From assembly GCA_964016885.1 (NCBI GenBank), contig OZ024741.1, positions 363,444,001 to 363,508,000 of the forward strand: 64,000 nt of DNA. Reading direction: 5' to 3'. This DNA comes from Eledone cirrhosa. Taxonomy: Eukaryota. Below the pieces are notes generated by a model, which saw only the letters and a list, made by a program, of their open reading frames with translations, had not been told where the DNA came from and searched no databases. Shown piece by piece: positions 1-12,789 of this stretch (positions are counted from its first letter, which is position 1; the number at the start of each line of letters is the position of its first letter). The position numbers and the translations under genes are program-made.

Positions 1-4
1 GAAG

Positions 5-20
5 GTTATTTCACAATAAC
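5..20. repeat. Per-monomer inverted repeat GTTATT-TCAC-AATAAC (6-bp stem, 4-nt loop); example copy
   Basis: AATAAC is the exact reverse complement of GTTATT. It is present in every GTTA-type monomer, kept as a G-T wobble in GTTG-type monomers and shortened in ACTA-type monomers. Confidence 0.95.
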
Positions 21-44
21 ATAGATGTAGGTATAGCTTGGGTT
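21..44 (+). repeat. Internal ~12-bp direct sub-repeat of the monomer (ATAGATGTAGGT / ATAGCTGTGGTT); monomer positions 21-44
   Basis: Consensus (GT-allele) positions 21-32 and 33-44 match at 9/12 ungapped, or 10/11 with one gap. The first monomer of the window carries the TG allele and matches less well. The 12-bp deletions at 1730, 3880 and 5982 remove exactly one sub-repeat length. Confidence 0.8.
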
Positions 45-1499
45 TAGAAGGTTGTTTTACAATAACCTAGATGTAGGTATAGCTTGGGTTAAGAAGGTTA
101 TTTCACAATAACACAGATGTAGGTATAGCTGTGGTTAAGAAGACTATTTCACAATCACATAGATGTAGGTATAGCTGTGGTAAAGAAGGCTATTTCACAA
201 TAACATAGATGTAGGTATAGCTTGGGTTAAGAAGTTTATTTCACAATAACATAGATGTAGGTATAGCTGTGGTTAAGAAGACTATTTCACAATAACATAG
301 ATGTAGGTATAGCTGTGGTTAAGAAGGTTATTTCACAATAACAGAGATGTAGGTATAGCTTGGGTTAAGAAGGTTATTTCACAATAACATAGATGTAGGT
401 ATAGTTGTGGTTAAGAAGACTATTTCACAATAACATAGATGTAGGTATAGCTGTGGTTAAGAAGGTTATTTCACAATAACATAGATGTAAGTATAGCTTG
501 GGTTAAGAAGGTTGTTTTACAATAACCTAGATGTAGGTATAGCTGTGGTTAAGAAGGTCATTTCACAATAACATAGATGTAGGTATAGCTGTGGTTAAAA
601 AGGTTATTTCACAATAACATAGATGTAAGTATAGCTTGGGTTAAGAAAGTTATTTCACAATAACCTAGATGTAGGTATAGCTGTGGTTAAGAAGGTTGTT
701 TTACAATAACATAGATGTAGGTATAGCTGTGGTTAAGAAGACTATTTCACAATAACATAGATGTAGGTATAGCTGTGGTTAAGAAGGTTATTTCACAATA
801 ACGTAGATGTAGGTATAGCTTGGTTTAAGAAGGTTGTTTCACAATAACATAGATGTAGGTATAGCTGTGGTTAAGAAGGTTGTTTCACTATAACATAGAT
901 GTAGGTATAGCTGTGGTTAAGAAGGTTGTTTTACAATAACATAGATGTAGGTATAGCTGTGGTTAAGAAGGTTATTTCACAATAACCTAGATGTAGGTAT
1001 AGCTGTGGTTAAGAAGGTTGTTTTACAATAACATAGATGTAGGTATAGCTTGGGTTAAGAAGGTTGTTTCACAATAACATAGATGTAGGTATAGCTGTGG
1101 TTAAGAAGGTTATTTCACAATAACATAGATGTAGGTATAGCTGTGGTTAAGAAGGTTATTCCACAATAACATTGACGTAGGTATAGCTGTGGTTAAGAAG
1201 GTTATTTCACAATAACGTAGATGTAGGTATAGCTTGGGTTAAGAAGGTTGTTTCACAATAACATAGATGTAGGTATAGCTGTGGTTAAGAAGGTTGTTTT
1301 ACCATAACATAGATGTAGGTATAGCTTGGGTTAAGAAGGTTGTTTTACAATAACATAGATATAGGTATAGCTGTGGTTGAGAAGGTTGTTTTACAATAAC
1401 ATAGATGTAGGTATAGCCGTGGTTAAGAAGACTATTTCACAATAACATAGATGTAGGTATAGCTTGGGTTAAGAAGGTTGTTTCACAATAACATAGATG

Positions 1500-4400
1500 T
1501 AGGTATAGCTTTGGTTAAGAAGGTTATTTCACTATAACATAGATGTAGGTATAGCTGTGGTTAAGAAGGTTATTTCACAATAACATTGATGTAGGTATAG
1601 CTTGAGTTAAGAAGGTTATTTCACAATAACCTAGATGTAGGTATAGCTGTGGTTAAGAAGGTTGTTTTACAATAACATAGATGTAGGTATAGCTTGGGTT
1701 AAGAAGGTTATTTCACGATAACATAGATGTGGTTAAGAAGGTTATTTCACAATAACATAGATGTAGGTATAGCTTGGGTTAAGAAGGTTATTTCACAATA
1801 ACATAGATGTAGGTATAGCTTTGGTTAAGAAGGTTATTTCACAATAACATAGATGTAGGTATAGCTTGGGTTAAGAAGGTTATTTCACAATAAAATAGAT
1901 GTAGGTATAGCTTGGGTTAAGAAGGTTGTTTTACAATAACATAGATGTAGGTATAGCTGTGGTTAAGAAGACTATTTCACAATAACATAGATGTAGGTAT
2001 AGCTTGGGTTAAGAAGGTTATTTCACAATAACATAGATGTAGGTATAGCTGTGGTTAAGAAGGTTATTCCACAATAACATAGATGTAGGTATAGCTGTGG
2101 TTGAGAAGGTTATTTCACAATAACATAGATGTAGGTATAGCTGTGGTTAAGAAGGTTGTTTTACAATAACATAGATGTAGGTATAGCTTGGGTTAAGAAG
2201 GTTATTTCACAATAACATAGATGTAGGTATAGCTTGGGTTAAGAAGGTTGTTTTACAATAACATAGATGTAGGTATAGCTGGGGTTAAGAAGGTTATTTC
2301 ACAATAACATAGATGTAGGTATAGCTTGGGTTAAGAAGGTTGTTTTACAATAACATAGATGTAGGTATAGCTGTGGTTAACAAGGTTGTTTTACAATAAC
2401 ATAGATGTAGGTATAGCTTGGGTTAAGAAGGTTATTTCACAATAACATAGATGTAGGTATAGCTGTGGTTAAGAAGGTTATTCCACAATAACATAGATGT
2501 AGGTATAGCTGTGGTTAAGAAGGTTGTTTTACAATAAGATAGATGTAGGTATAGCTTGGGTTAAGAAGGTTATTTCACAATAACATAGACGTAGGTATAG
2601 CTTGGGTTAAGAAGGTTATTTCACAATAACATAGATGTAGGTATAGCTGTGGTTAAGAAGACTATTTCACAATAACATAGATGTAGGTATAGCTGTGGTT
2701 AAGAAGACTATTTCACAATAACATAGATGTAGGTATAGCTGTGGTTAAGAAGACTATTTCACAATAACATAGATGTAGGTATAGCTGTGGTTAAGAAGGC
2801 TATTTCACAATAACAAAGATGTAGGTATAGCTGTGGTTAAGAAGACTATTTCACAATAACATAGACGTAGGTATAGCTGTGGTTAAGAAGGTTATTTCAC
2901 AATAACAGAGATGTAGGTATAGCTGTGGTTAAGAAGGTTATTTCACAATAACATAGATGTAAGTATAGCTGTGGTTAAGAAGGTTATTTCACAATAACAT
3001 AGATGTAGGTATAGCTTGGGTTAAGAAGGTTATTTCACAATAACACAGATGTAGGTATAGCTGTGGTTAAAAAGGTTATTTCACAATAACATAGATGTAG
3101 GTATAGCTGTGCTTAAGAAGGTTGCTTTACAATAACATAGATTTAGGTATAGCTTGGGTCAAGAAGGTTATTTCACAATAACATAGATGTAGGTATAGCT
3201 GTGGTTAAGAAGACTATTTCACAATAACATAGACGTAGGTATAGCTGTGGTTAAGAAGGTTATTTCACAATAACAGAGATGTAGGTATAGCTGTGGTTAA
3301 GAAGGTTATTTCACAATAACATAGATGTAGGTATAGTTGTGGTTAAGAAGACTATTTCACAATAACATAGATGTAAGTATAGCTTGGGTTAAGAAGGTTG
3401 TTTTACAATAACCTAGATGTAGGTATAGCTTGGGTTAAGAAGGTTATTTCACAATAACACAGATGTAGGTATAGCTGTGGTTCAGCAGACTATTTCACAA
3501 TAACATAGATGTAGGTATAGCTGTGGTTAAGAAGACTATTTCACAATAACATAGATGTAGGTATAGCTGTGGTTAAGAAGGCTATTTCACAATAACATAG
3601 ATGTAGGTATAGCTGTGGTTAAGAAGACTATTTCACAATAACATAGATGTAGGTATAGCTTTGGTTAAGAAGGTTATTTCACTATAACATAGATGTAGGT
3701 ATAGCTGTGGTTAAGAAGGTTATTTCACAATAACATTGATGTAGGTATAGCTTGAGTTAAGAAGGTTATTTCACAATAACCTAGATGTAGGTATAGCTGT
3801 GGTTAAGAAGGTTGTTTTACAATAACATAGATGTAGGTATAGCTTGGGTTAAGAAGGTTATTTCACGATAACATAGATGTGGTTAAGAAGGTTATTTCAC
3901 AATAACATAGATGTAGGTATAGCTTGGGTTAAGAAGGTTATTTCACAATAACATAGATGTAGGTATAGCTTTGGTTAAGAAGGTTATTTCACAATAACAT
4001 AGATGTAGGTATAGCTTGGGTTAAGAAGGTTATTTCACAATAAAATAGATGTAGGTATAGCTTGGGTTAAGAAGGTTGTTTTACAATAACATAGATGTAG
4101 GTATAGCTGTGGTTAAGAAGACTATTTCACAATAACATAGATGTAGGTATAGCTTGGGTTAAGAAGGTTATTTCACAATAACATAGATGTAGGTATAGCT
4201 GTGGTTAAGAAGGTTATTCCACAATAACATAGATGTAGGTATAGCTGTGGTTGAGAAGGTTATTTCACAATAACATAGATGTAGGTATAGCTGTGGTTAA
4301 GAAGGTTGTTTTACAATAACATAGATGTAGGTATAGCTTGGGTTAAGAAGGTTATTTCACAATAACATAGATGTAGGTATAGCTTGGGTTAAGAAGGTTG

Positions 4401-7400
4401 TTTTACAATAACATAGATGTAGGTATAGCTGGGGTTAAGAAGGTTATTTCACAATAACATAGATGTAGGTATAGCTTGGGTTAAGAAGGTTGTTTTACAA
4501 TAACATAGATGTAGGTATAGCTGTGGTTAAGAAGGTTGTTTTACAATAACATAGATGTAGGTATAGCTTGGGTTAAGAAGGTTATTTCACAATAACATAG
4601 ATGTAGGTATAGCTTGGGTTAAGAAGACAATTTCACAATAACATAGATGTAGGTATAGCTGTGTTTAAGAAGGTTATTCCACTATAACATAGATGTAGGT
4701 ATAGCTGTGGTTAAGAAGGTTGTTTTACAATAAGATAGATGTAGGTATAGCTTGGGTTAAGAAGGTTATTTCACAATAACATAGACGTAGGTATAGCTTG
4801 GCTTAAGAAGGTTATTTCACAATAACATAGATGTAGGTATAGCTGTGGTTAAGAAGACTATTTCACAATAACATAGATGTAGGTATAGCTGTGGTTAAGA
4901 AGACTATTTCACAATAACATAGATGTAGGTATAGCTGTGGTTAAGAAGACTATTTCACAATAACATAGATGTAGGTATAGCTGTGGTTAAGAAGGCTATT
5001 TCACGATAACAAAGATGTAGGTATAGCTGTGGTTAAGAAGACTATTTCACAATAACATAGACGTAGGTATAGCTGTGGTTAAGAAGGTTATTTCACAATA
5101 ACAGAGATGTAGGTATAGCTGTGGTTAAGAAGGTTATTTCACAATAACATAGATGTAAGTATAGCTGTGGTTAAGAAGGTTATCTCACAATAACATAGAT
5201 GTAGGTATAGCTGTGCTTAAGAAGGTTGTTTTACAATAACATAGATTTAGGTATAGCTTGGGTCAAGAAGGTTATTTCACAATAACATAGATGTAGGTAT
5301 AGCTGTGGTTAAGAAGACTATTTCACAATAACAGATGTAGGTATAGCTGTGGTTAAGAAGGTTATTTCACAATAACAGAGATGTAGGTATAGCTGTGGTT
5401 AAGAAGGTTATTTCACAATAACATAGATGTAGGTATAGTTGTGGTTAAGAAGACTATTTCACAATAACATAGATGTAAGTATAGCTTGGGTTAAGAAGGT
5501 TGTTTTACAATAACCTAGATGTAGGTATAGCTTGGGTTAAGAAGGTTATTTCACAATAACACAGATGTAGGTATAGCTGTGGTTCAGCAGACTATTTCAC
5601 AATAACATAGATGTAGGTATAGCTGTGGTTAAGAAGGCTATTTCACAATAACATAGATGTAGGTATAGCTGTGGTTAAGAAGGCTATTTCACAATAACAT
5701 AGATGTAGGTATAGCTGTGGTTAAGAAGACTATTTCACAATAACATAGATGTAGGTATAGCTTTGGTTAAGAAGGTTATTTCACTATAACATAGATGTAG
5801 GTATAGCTGTGGTTAAGAAGGTTATTTCACAATAACATTGATGTAGGTATAGCTTGAGTTAAGAAGGTTATTTCACAATAACCTAGATGTAGGTATAGCT
5901 GTGGTTAAGAAGGTTGTTTTACAATAACATAGATGTAGGTATAGCTTGGGTTAAGAAGGTTATTTCACGATAACATAGATGTGGTTAAGAAGGTTATTTC
6001 ACAATAACATAGATGTAGGTATAGCTTGGGTTAAGAAGGTTATTTCACAATAACATAGATGTAGGTATAGCTTTGGTTAAGAAGGTTATTTCACAATAAC
6101 ATAGATGTAGGTATAGCTTGGGTTAAGAAGGTTATTTCACAATAAAATAGATGTAGGTATAGCTTGGGTTAAGAAGGTTGTTTTACAATAACATAGATGT
6201 AGGTATAGCTGTGGTTAAGAAGACTATTTCACAATAACATAGATGTAGGTATAGCTTGGGTTAAGAAGGTTATTTCACAATAACATAGATGTAGGTATAG
6301 CTGTGGTTAAGAAGGTTATTCCACAATAACATAGATGTAGGTATAGCTTGGGTTAAGAAGGTTGTTTTACAATAACATAGATGTAGGTATAGCTGGGGTT
6401 AAGAAGGTTATTTCACAATAACATAGATGTAGGTATAGCTTGGGTTAAGAAGGTTGTTTTACAATAACATAGATGTAGGTATAGCTGTGGTTAAGAAGGT
6501 TGTTTTACAATAACATAGATGTAGGTATAGCTTGGGTTAAGAAGGTTATTTCACAATAACATAGATGTAGGTATAGCTTGGGTTAAGAAGACAATTTCAC
6601 AATAACATAGATGTAGGTATAGCTGTGTTTAAGAAGGTTATTCCACTATAACATAGATGTAGGTATAGCTGTGGTTAAGAAGGTTGTTTTACAATAAGAT
6701 AGATGTAGGTATAGCTTGGGTTAAGAAGGTTATTTCACAATAACATAGATGTAGGTATAGCTTGGGTTAAGAAGACAATTTCACAATAACATAGATGTAG
6801 GTATAGCTGTGTTTAAGAAGGTTATTCCACTATAACATAGATGTAGGTATAGCTGTGGTTAAGAAGGTTGTTTTACAATAAGATAGATGTAGGTATAGCT
6901 TGGGTTAAGAAGGTTATTTCACAATAACATAGACGTAGGTATAGCTTGGGTTAAGAAGGTTATTTCACAATAACAGATGTAGGTATAGCTGTGGTTAAGA
7001 AGACTATTTCACAATAACATAGATGTAGGTATAGCTGTGGTTAAGAAGACTATTTCACAATAACATAGATGTAGGTATAGCTGTGGTTAAGAAGACTATT
7101 TCACAATAACATAGATGTAGGTATAGCTGTGGTTAAGAAGGCTATTTCACGATAACAAAGATGTAGGTATAGCTGTGGTTAAGAAGACTATTTCACAATA
7201 ACATAGACGTAGGTATAGCTGTGGTTAAGAAGGTTATTTCACAATAACAGAGATGTAGGTATAGCTGTGGTTAAGAAGGTTATTTCACAATAACATAGAT
7301 GTAAGTATAGCTGTGGTTAAGAAGGTTATCTCACAATAACATAGATGTAGGTATAGCTTGGGTTTAGAAGGTTGTTTTACAATAACCTAGATGTAGGTAT

Positions 7401-7950
7401 AGCTTGGATTAAGAAGGTTATTTCACAATAACACAGATGTAGGTATAGCTGTGGTTAAAAAGGTTATTTCACAATAACATAGATGTAGGTATAGCTGTGG
7501 TTAAGAAGGTTGTTTTACAATAACATAGATTTAGGTATAGCTTGGGTCAAGAAGGTTATTTCACAATAACATAGTTGTAGGTATAGCTGTGGTTAAGAAG
7601 ACTATTTCACAATAACATAGATGTAGGTATAGCTGTGGTTAAGAAGGTTATTTCACAATAACAGAGATGTAGGTATAGCTGTGGTTAAGAAGGTTATTTC
7701 ACAATAACATAGATGTAGGTATAGTTGTGGTTAAGAAGACTATTTCACAATAACATAGATGTAAGTATAGCTTGGGTTAAGAAGGTTGTTTTACAATAAC
7801 CTAGATGTAGGTATAGCTTGGGTTAAGAAGGTTATTTCACAATAACACAGATGTAGGTATAGCTGTGGTTCAGCAGACTATTTCACAATAACATAGATGT
7901 AGGTATAGCTGTGGTTAAGAAGACTATTTCACAATAACATAGATGTAGGT
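1500..7950 (+). repeat. Three tandem copies of a ~2.1-2.3 kb higher-order block (46-50 monomers), each containing a 34-bp truncated monomer
   Basis: 12-bp deletion junctions at 1730, 3880 and 5982 (offsets 2150=47x46-12; 2102=46x46-14). TTCAGCAGAC marker at 3483, 5585 and 7871. GATTTAGG..GGTCAAG marker at ~3141, ~5246 and ~7531. Confidence 0.9.
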
Positions 7951-10029
7951 ATAGCTTGGGTTAAGAAGGTTATTTCACAATAACATAGATGTAGGTATAG
8001 CTTGGGTTAAGAAAGTTATTTCACAATAACCTAGATGTAGGTATAGCTGTGGTTAAGAAGGTTGTTTTACAATAACATAGATGTAGGTATAGCTGTGGTT
8101 AAGAAGACTATTTCACAATAACATAGATGTAGGTATAGCTTGGGTTAAGAAGGTTGTTTCACAATAACATATATGTAGGTATAGCTGTGGTTAAGAAGGA
8201 TATTTCACAATAACGTAGATGTAGGTATAGCTTGGGTTTAGGAGGTTGTTTTACAATAACCTAGATGTAGGTATAGCTTGGGTTAAGAAGGTTATTTCAC
8301 AATAACATAGAGGTAGGTATAGCTGTGGTTAAGAAGGTTGTTTCACAATAACATAGATGTAGGTATAGTTGTGGTTAAGAAGACTATTTCACAATAACAT
8401 AGATGTAGATATAGCTGTGGTTAAGAAGGTTATTTTACAATAACATAGATGTAGGTATAGCTGTGGTTAAGAAGGTTGTTTTACAATAACATAGATGTAG
8501 GTATAGCTTGGGTTAAGAAGGTTGTTTTACAATAACATAGATGTAGGTATAGCTGGGGTTAAGAAGGTTATTTCACAATAACATAGATGTAGGTATAGCT
8601 TGGGTTAAGAAGGTTGTTTTACAATAACATAGATGTAGGTATAGCTGTGGTTAAGAAGCTTGTTATACAATAACATAGATGTAGGTATAGCTTGGGTTAA
8701 GGAGGTTATTTCACAATAACATAGATGTAGGTATAGCTGTGGTTAAGAAGGTTATTCCACAATAACATAGATGTAGGTATAGCTTGGGTTAAGAAGGTTA
8801 TTTCACAATAACATAGATGTAAGTATAGCTGTGGTTAAGAAGGTTATTTCACAATAACATAGATGTAGGTATAGCTGTGGTTAAGAAGACTATTTCACAA
8901 TAACATAGATGTAGGTATAGCTTGGGTTAAGAAGGTTATTTCACAATAACATAGATGTAGGTATAGCTTGGGTTAAGAAGGTTGTTTTACAATAACATAG
9001 ATGTAGGTATAGCTGGGGTTAAGAAGGTTATTTCACAATAACATAGATGTAGGTATAGCTTGGGTTAAGAAGGTTGTTTTACAATAACATAGATGTAGGT
9101 ATAGCTGTGGTTAAGAAGCTTGTTATACAATAACATAGATGTAGGTATAGCTTGGGTTAAGGAGGTTATTTCACAATAACATAGATGTAGGTATAGCTGT
9201 GGTTAAGAAGGTTATTCCACAATAACATAGATGTAGGTATAGCTTGGGTTAAGAAGGTTATTCCACAATAACATAGATGTAGGTATAGCTGTGGTTGAGA
9301 AGGTTATTTAACAATAACATAGATGTAGGTATAGCTGTGGTTAAGAAGGTTGTTTTACAATAACATAGATGTAGGTATAGCTTGGGTTAAGAAGGTTATT
9401 TCACAATAACATAGATGTAGGTATAGCTTGGGTTAAGAAGGTTGTTTTACAATAACATAGATGTAGGTATAGCTGGGGTTAAGAAGGTTATTTCACAATA
9501 ACATAGATGTAGGTATAGCTTGGGTTAAGAAGGTTGTTTTACAATAACATAGATGTGGGTATAGCTGTGGTTAAGAAGGTTGTTTTACAATAACATAGAT
9601 GTAGGTATAGCTTGGGTTAAGAAGGTTATTTCACAATAACATAGATGTAGGTATAGCTGTGGTTAAGAAGGTTATTCCACAATAACATAGATGTAGGTAT
9701 AGCTGTGGTTAAGAAGGTTGTTTTACAATAAGATAGATGTAGGTATAGCTTGGGTTAAGAAGGTTATTTCACAATAACATAGACGTAGGTATAGCTTGGG
9801 TTAAGAAGGTTATTTCACAATAACATAGATGTAGGTATAGCTGTGGTTAAGAAGACTATTTCACAATAACATAGATGTAGGTATAGCTGTGGTTAAGAAG
9901 ACTATTTCACAATAACATAGATGTAGGTATAGCTGTGGTTAAGAAGACTATTTCACAATAACATAGATGTAGGTATAGCTGTGGTTAAGACGGCTATTTC
10001 ACAATAACAAAGATGTAGGTATAGCTGTG

Positions 10030-11030
10030 GTTAAGAAGACTATTTCACAATAACATAGACGTAGGTATAGCTGTGGTTAAGAAGGTTATTTCACAATAAC
10101 AGAGATGTAGGTATAGCTGTGGTTAACAAGGTTATTTCACAATAACATAGATGTAAGTATAGCTGTGGTTAAGAAGGTTATTTCACAATAACATAGATGT
10201 AGGTATAGCTTGGGTTTAGAAGGTTGTTTTACAATAACCTAGATGTAGGCATAGCTTGGGTTAAGAAGGTTATTTCACAATAACACAGATGTAGGTATAG
10301 CTGTGGTTAAAAAGGTTATTTCACAATAACATAGATGTAGGTATAGCTGTGCTTAAGAAGGTTGTTTTACAATAACCTAGATGTAGGTATAGCTTGGGTT
10401 AAGAAGGTTATTTCACAATAACACAGATGTAGGTATAGCTGTGGTTCAGCAGACTATTTCACAATAACATAGATGTAGGTATAGCTGTGGTTAAGAAGAC
10501 TATTTCACAATAACATAGATGTAGGTATAGCTGTGGTTAAGAAGACTATTTCACAATAACATAGACGTAGGTATAGCTGTGGTTAAGAAGGTTATTTCAC
10601 AATAACAGAGATGTAGGTATAGCTGTGGTTAACAAGGTTATTTCACAATAACATAGATGTAAGTATAGCTGTGGTTAAGAAGGTTATTTCACAATAACAT
10701 AGATGTAGGTATAGCTTGGGTTTAGAAGGTTGTTTTACAATAACCTAGATGTAGGCATAGCTTGGGTTAAGAAGGTTATTTCACAATAACACAGATGTAG
10801 GTATAGCTGTGGTTAAAAAGGTTATTTCACAATAACATAGATGTAGGTATAGCTGTGCTTAAGAAGGTTGTTTTACAATAACCTAGATGTAGGTATAGCT
10901 TGGGTTAAGAAGGTTATTTCACAATAACACAGATGTAGGTATAGCTGTGGTTCAGCAGACTATTTCACAATAACATAGATGTAGGTATAGCTGTGGTTAA
11001 GAAGGCTATTTCACAATAACATAGATGTAG
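10030..11030 (+). repeat. 11-monomer (506-bp) tandem duplication, also present in the paralogous copy at ~19640-20640
   Basis: TTAACAAGG marker at 10127 and 10633 (506=11x46). GGCATAG, AAAAAGG, GTGCTT and TTCAGCAG markers repeat in the same order. Confidence 0.9.
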
Positions 11031-12789
11031 GTATAGCTGTGGTTAAGAAGACTATTTCACAATAACATAGATGTAGGTATAGCTTGGGTTAAGAAGGTTA
11101 TTTCACAATAACATAGATGTAGGTATAGCTTGGGTTAAGAAAGTTATTTCACAATAACCTAGATGTAGGTATAGCTGTGGTTAAGAAGGTTGTTTTACAA
11201 TAACATAGATGTAGGTATAGCTTGGGTTAAGAAGGTTGTTTCACAATAACATAGATGTAGGTATAGCTGTGGTTAAGAAGGTTGGTTTACAATAACATAG
11301 ATATAGGTATAGCTGTGGTTGAGAAGGTTGTTTTACAATAACATAGATGTAGGTATAGCTGTGGTTAAGAAGACTATTTCACAATAACATAGATGTAGGT
11401 ATAGCTTGGGTTAAGAAGGTTGTTTCACAATAACATAGATGTAGGTATAGCTGTGGTTAAGAAGGTTGTTTTACCATAACATAGATGTAGGTATAGCTTG
11501 GGTTAAGAAGGTTGTTTCACAATAACATAGATGTAGGTATAGCTGTGGTTAAGAAGGTTGTTTTACAATAACATAGATGTAGGTATAGCTGTGGTTAAGA
11601 AGACTATTTCACGATAACATAGATGTAGGTATAGCTTTGGTTAAGAAGGTTATTTCACTATAACATAGATGTAGGTATAGCTGTGGTTAAGAAGGTTATT
11701 TCACAATAACATTGATGTAGGTATAGCTGTGGTTAAGAAGGTGATTCCACAATAACATAGATGTAGGTATAGCTGTGGTTGAGAAGGTTATTTCACAATA
11801 ACATAGATGTAGGTATAGCTGTGGTTAAGAAGGTTGTTTTACAATAACATAGATGTAGGTATAGCTTGGGTTAAGAAGGTTATTTCACAATAACATAGAT
11901 GTAGGTATAGCTGTGGTTGAGAAGGTTGTTTTACAATAACATAGATGTAGGTATAGCTGGGGTTAAGAAGGTTATTTCACAATAACATAGATGTAGGTAT
12001 AGCTTGGGTTAAGAAGGTTGTTTTACAATAACATAGATGTAGGTATAGCTGTGGTTAAGTAGGTTGTTTTACAATAACATAGATGTAGGTATAGCTTGGG
12101 TTAAGAAGGTTATTTCACAATAACATAGATGTAGGTATAGCTGTGGTTAAGAAGGTTATTCCACAATAACATAGATGTAGGTATAGCTTGGGTTAAGAAG
12201 GTTATTTCACAATAACATAGATGTAGGTATAGCTGTGGTTAAGAAGGTTGGTTTACAATAAGATAGATGTAGGTATAGCTTGGGTTAAGAAGGTTATTTC
12301 ACAATAACATAGACGTAGGTATAGCTGTGGTTAAGAAGACTATTTCACAATAACATAGATGTAGGTATAGCTGTGGTTAAGAAGGCTATTTCACAATAAC
12401 AAAGATGTAGGTATAGCTGTGGTTAAGAAGACTATTTCACAATAACATAGATGTAGGTATAGCTTGGGTTAAGAAGGTTATTTCACAATAACATAGATGT
12501 AGGTATAGCTCGGGTTAAGAAGGTTGTTTTACAATAACATAGATGTAGCTATAGCTGTGGTTAAGAAGGTTGTTTCACAATAACATAGAGGTAGGTATAG
12601 CTGTGGTTAAGAAGGTTGTTTCACAATAACATAGATGTGGGTATAGTTGTGGTTAAGAAGACTATTTCACAATAACATAGATATAGCTGTGGTTAAGAAG
12701 GTTGTTTTACAATAACATAGATGTAGGTATAGCTTGGGTTAAGAAGGTTATTTCACAATAACATAGATGTAGGTATAGCTGTGGTTGAG

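Noticed and set aside
7-15. DnaA-box-like TATTTCACA/TATTCCACA and parS half-site TGTTTCAC (iteron or partition array)
   Set aside because: These are only 8/9 or half-site matches, with no rep/par genes. A 64-kb pure array is not a known bacterial origin architecture.
8-17. C/EBP-like site ATTTCACAAT and HMG-box-like ACAAT in each monomer
   Set aside because: Short degenerate motifs are expected by chance in AT-rich DNA. The organism is unknown and there is no binding evidence.
14-48. Integron attC-like (AAC...GTT) or dif XerD-arm-like (TAACATA) motifs
   Set aside because: The sequence fails RYYYAAC/GTTRRRY, lacks complementary attC arms and cassettes, and matches only about 7/11 of the XerD arm with no XerC arm.
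6540-9250. Regular short-period HOR (4-mer from AAGACAATT 6591/6775; 10-mer from AAGCTT 8659/9119)
   Set aside because: These are real but single local duplications (184 and 460 bp), and the periods do not continue along the array.
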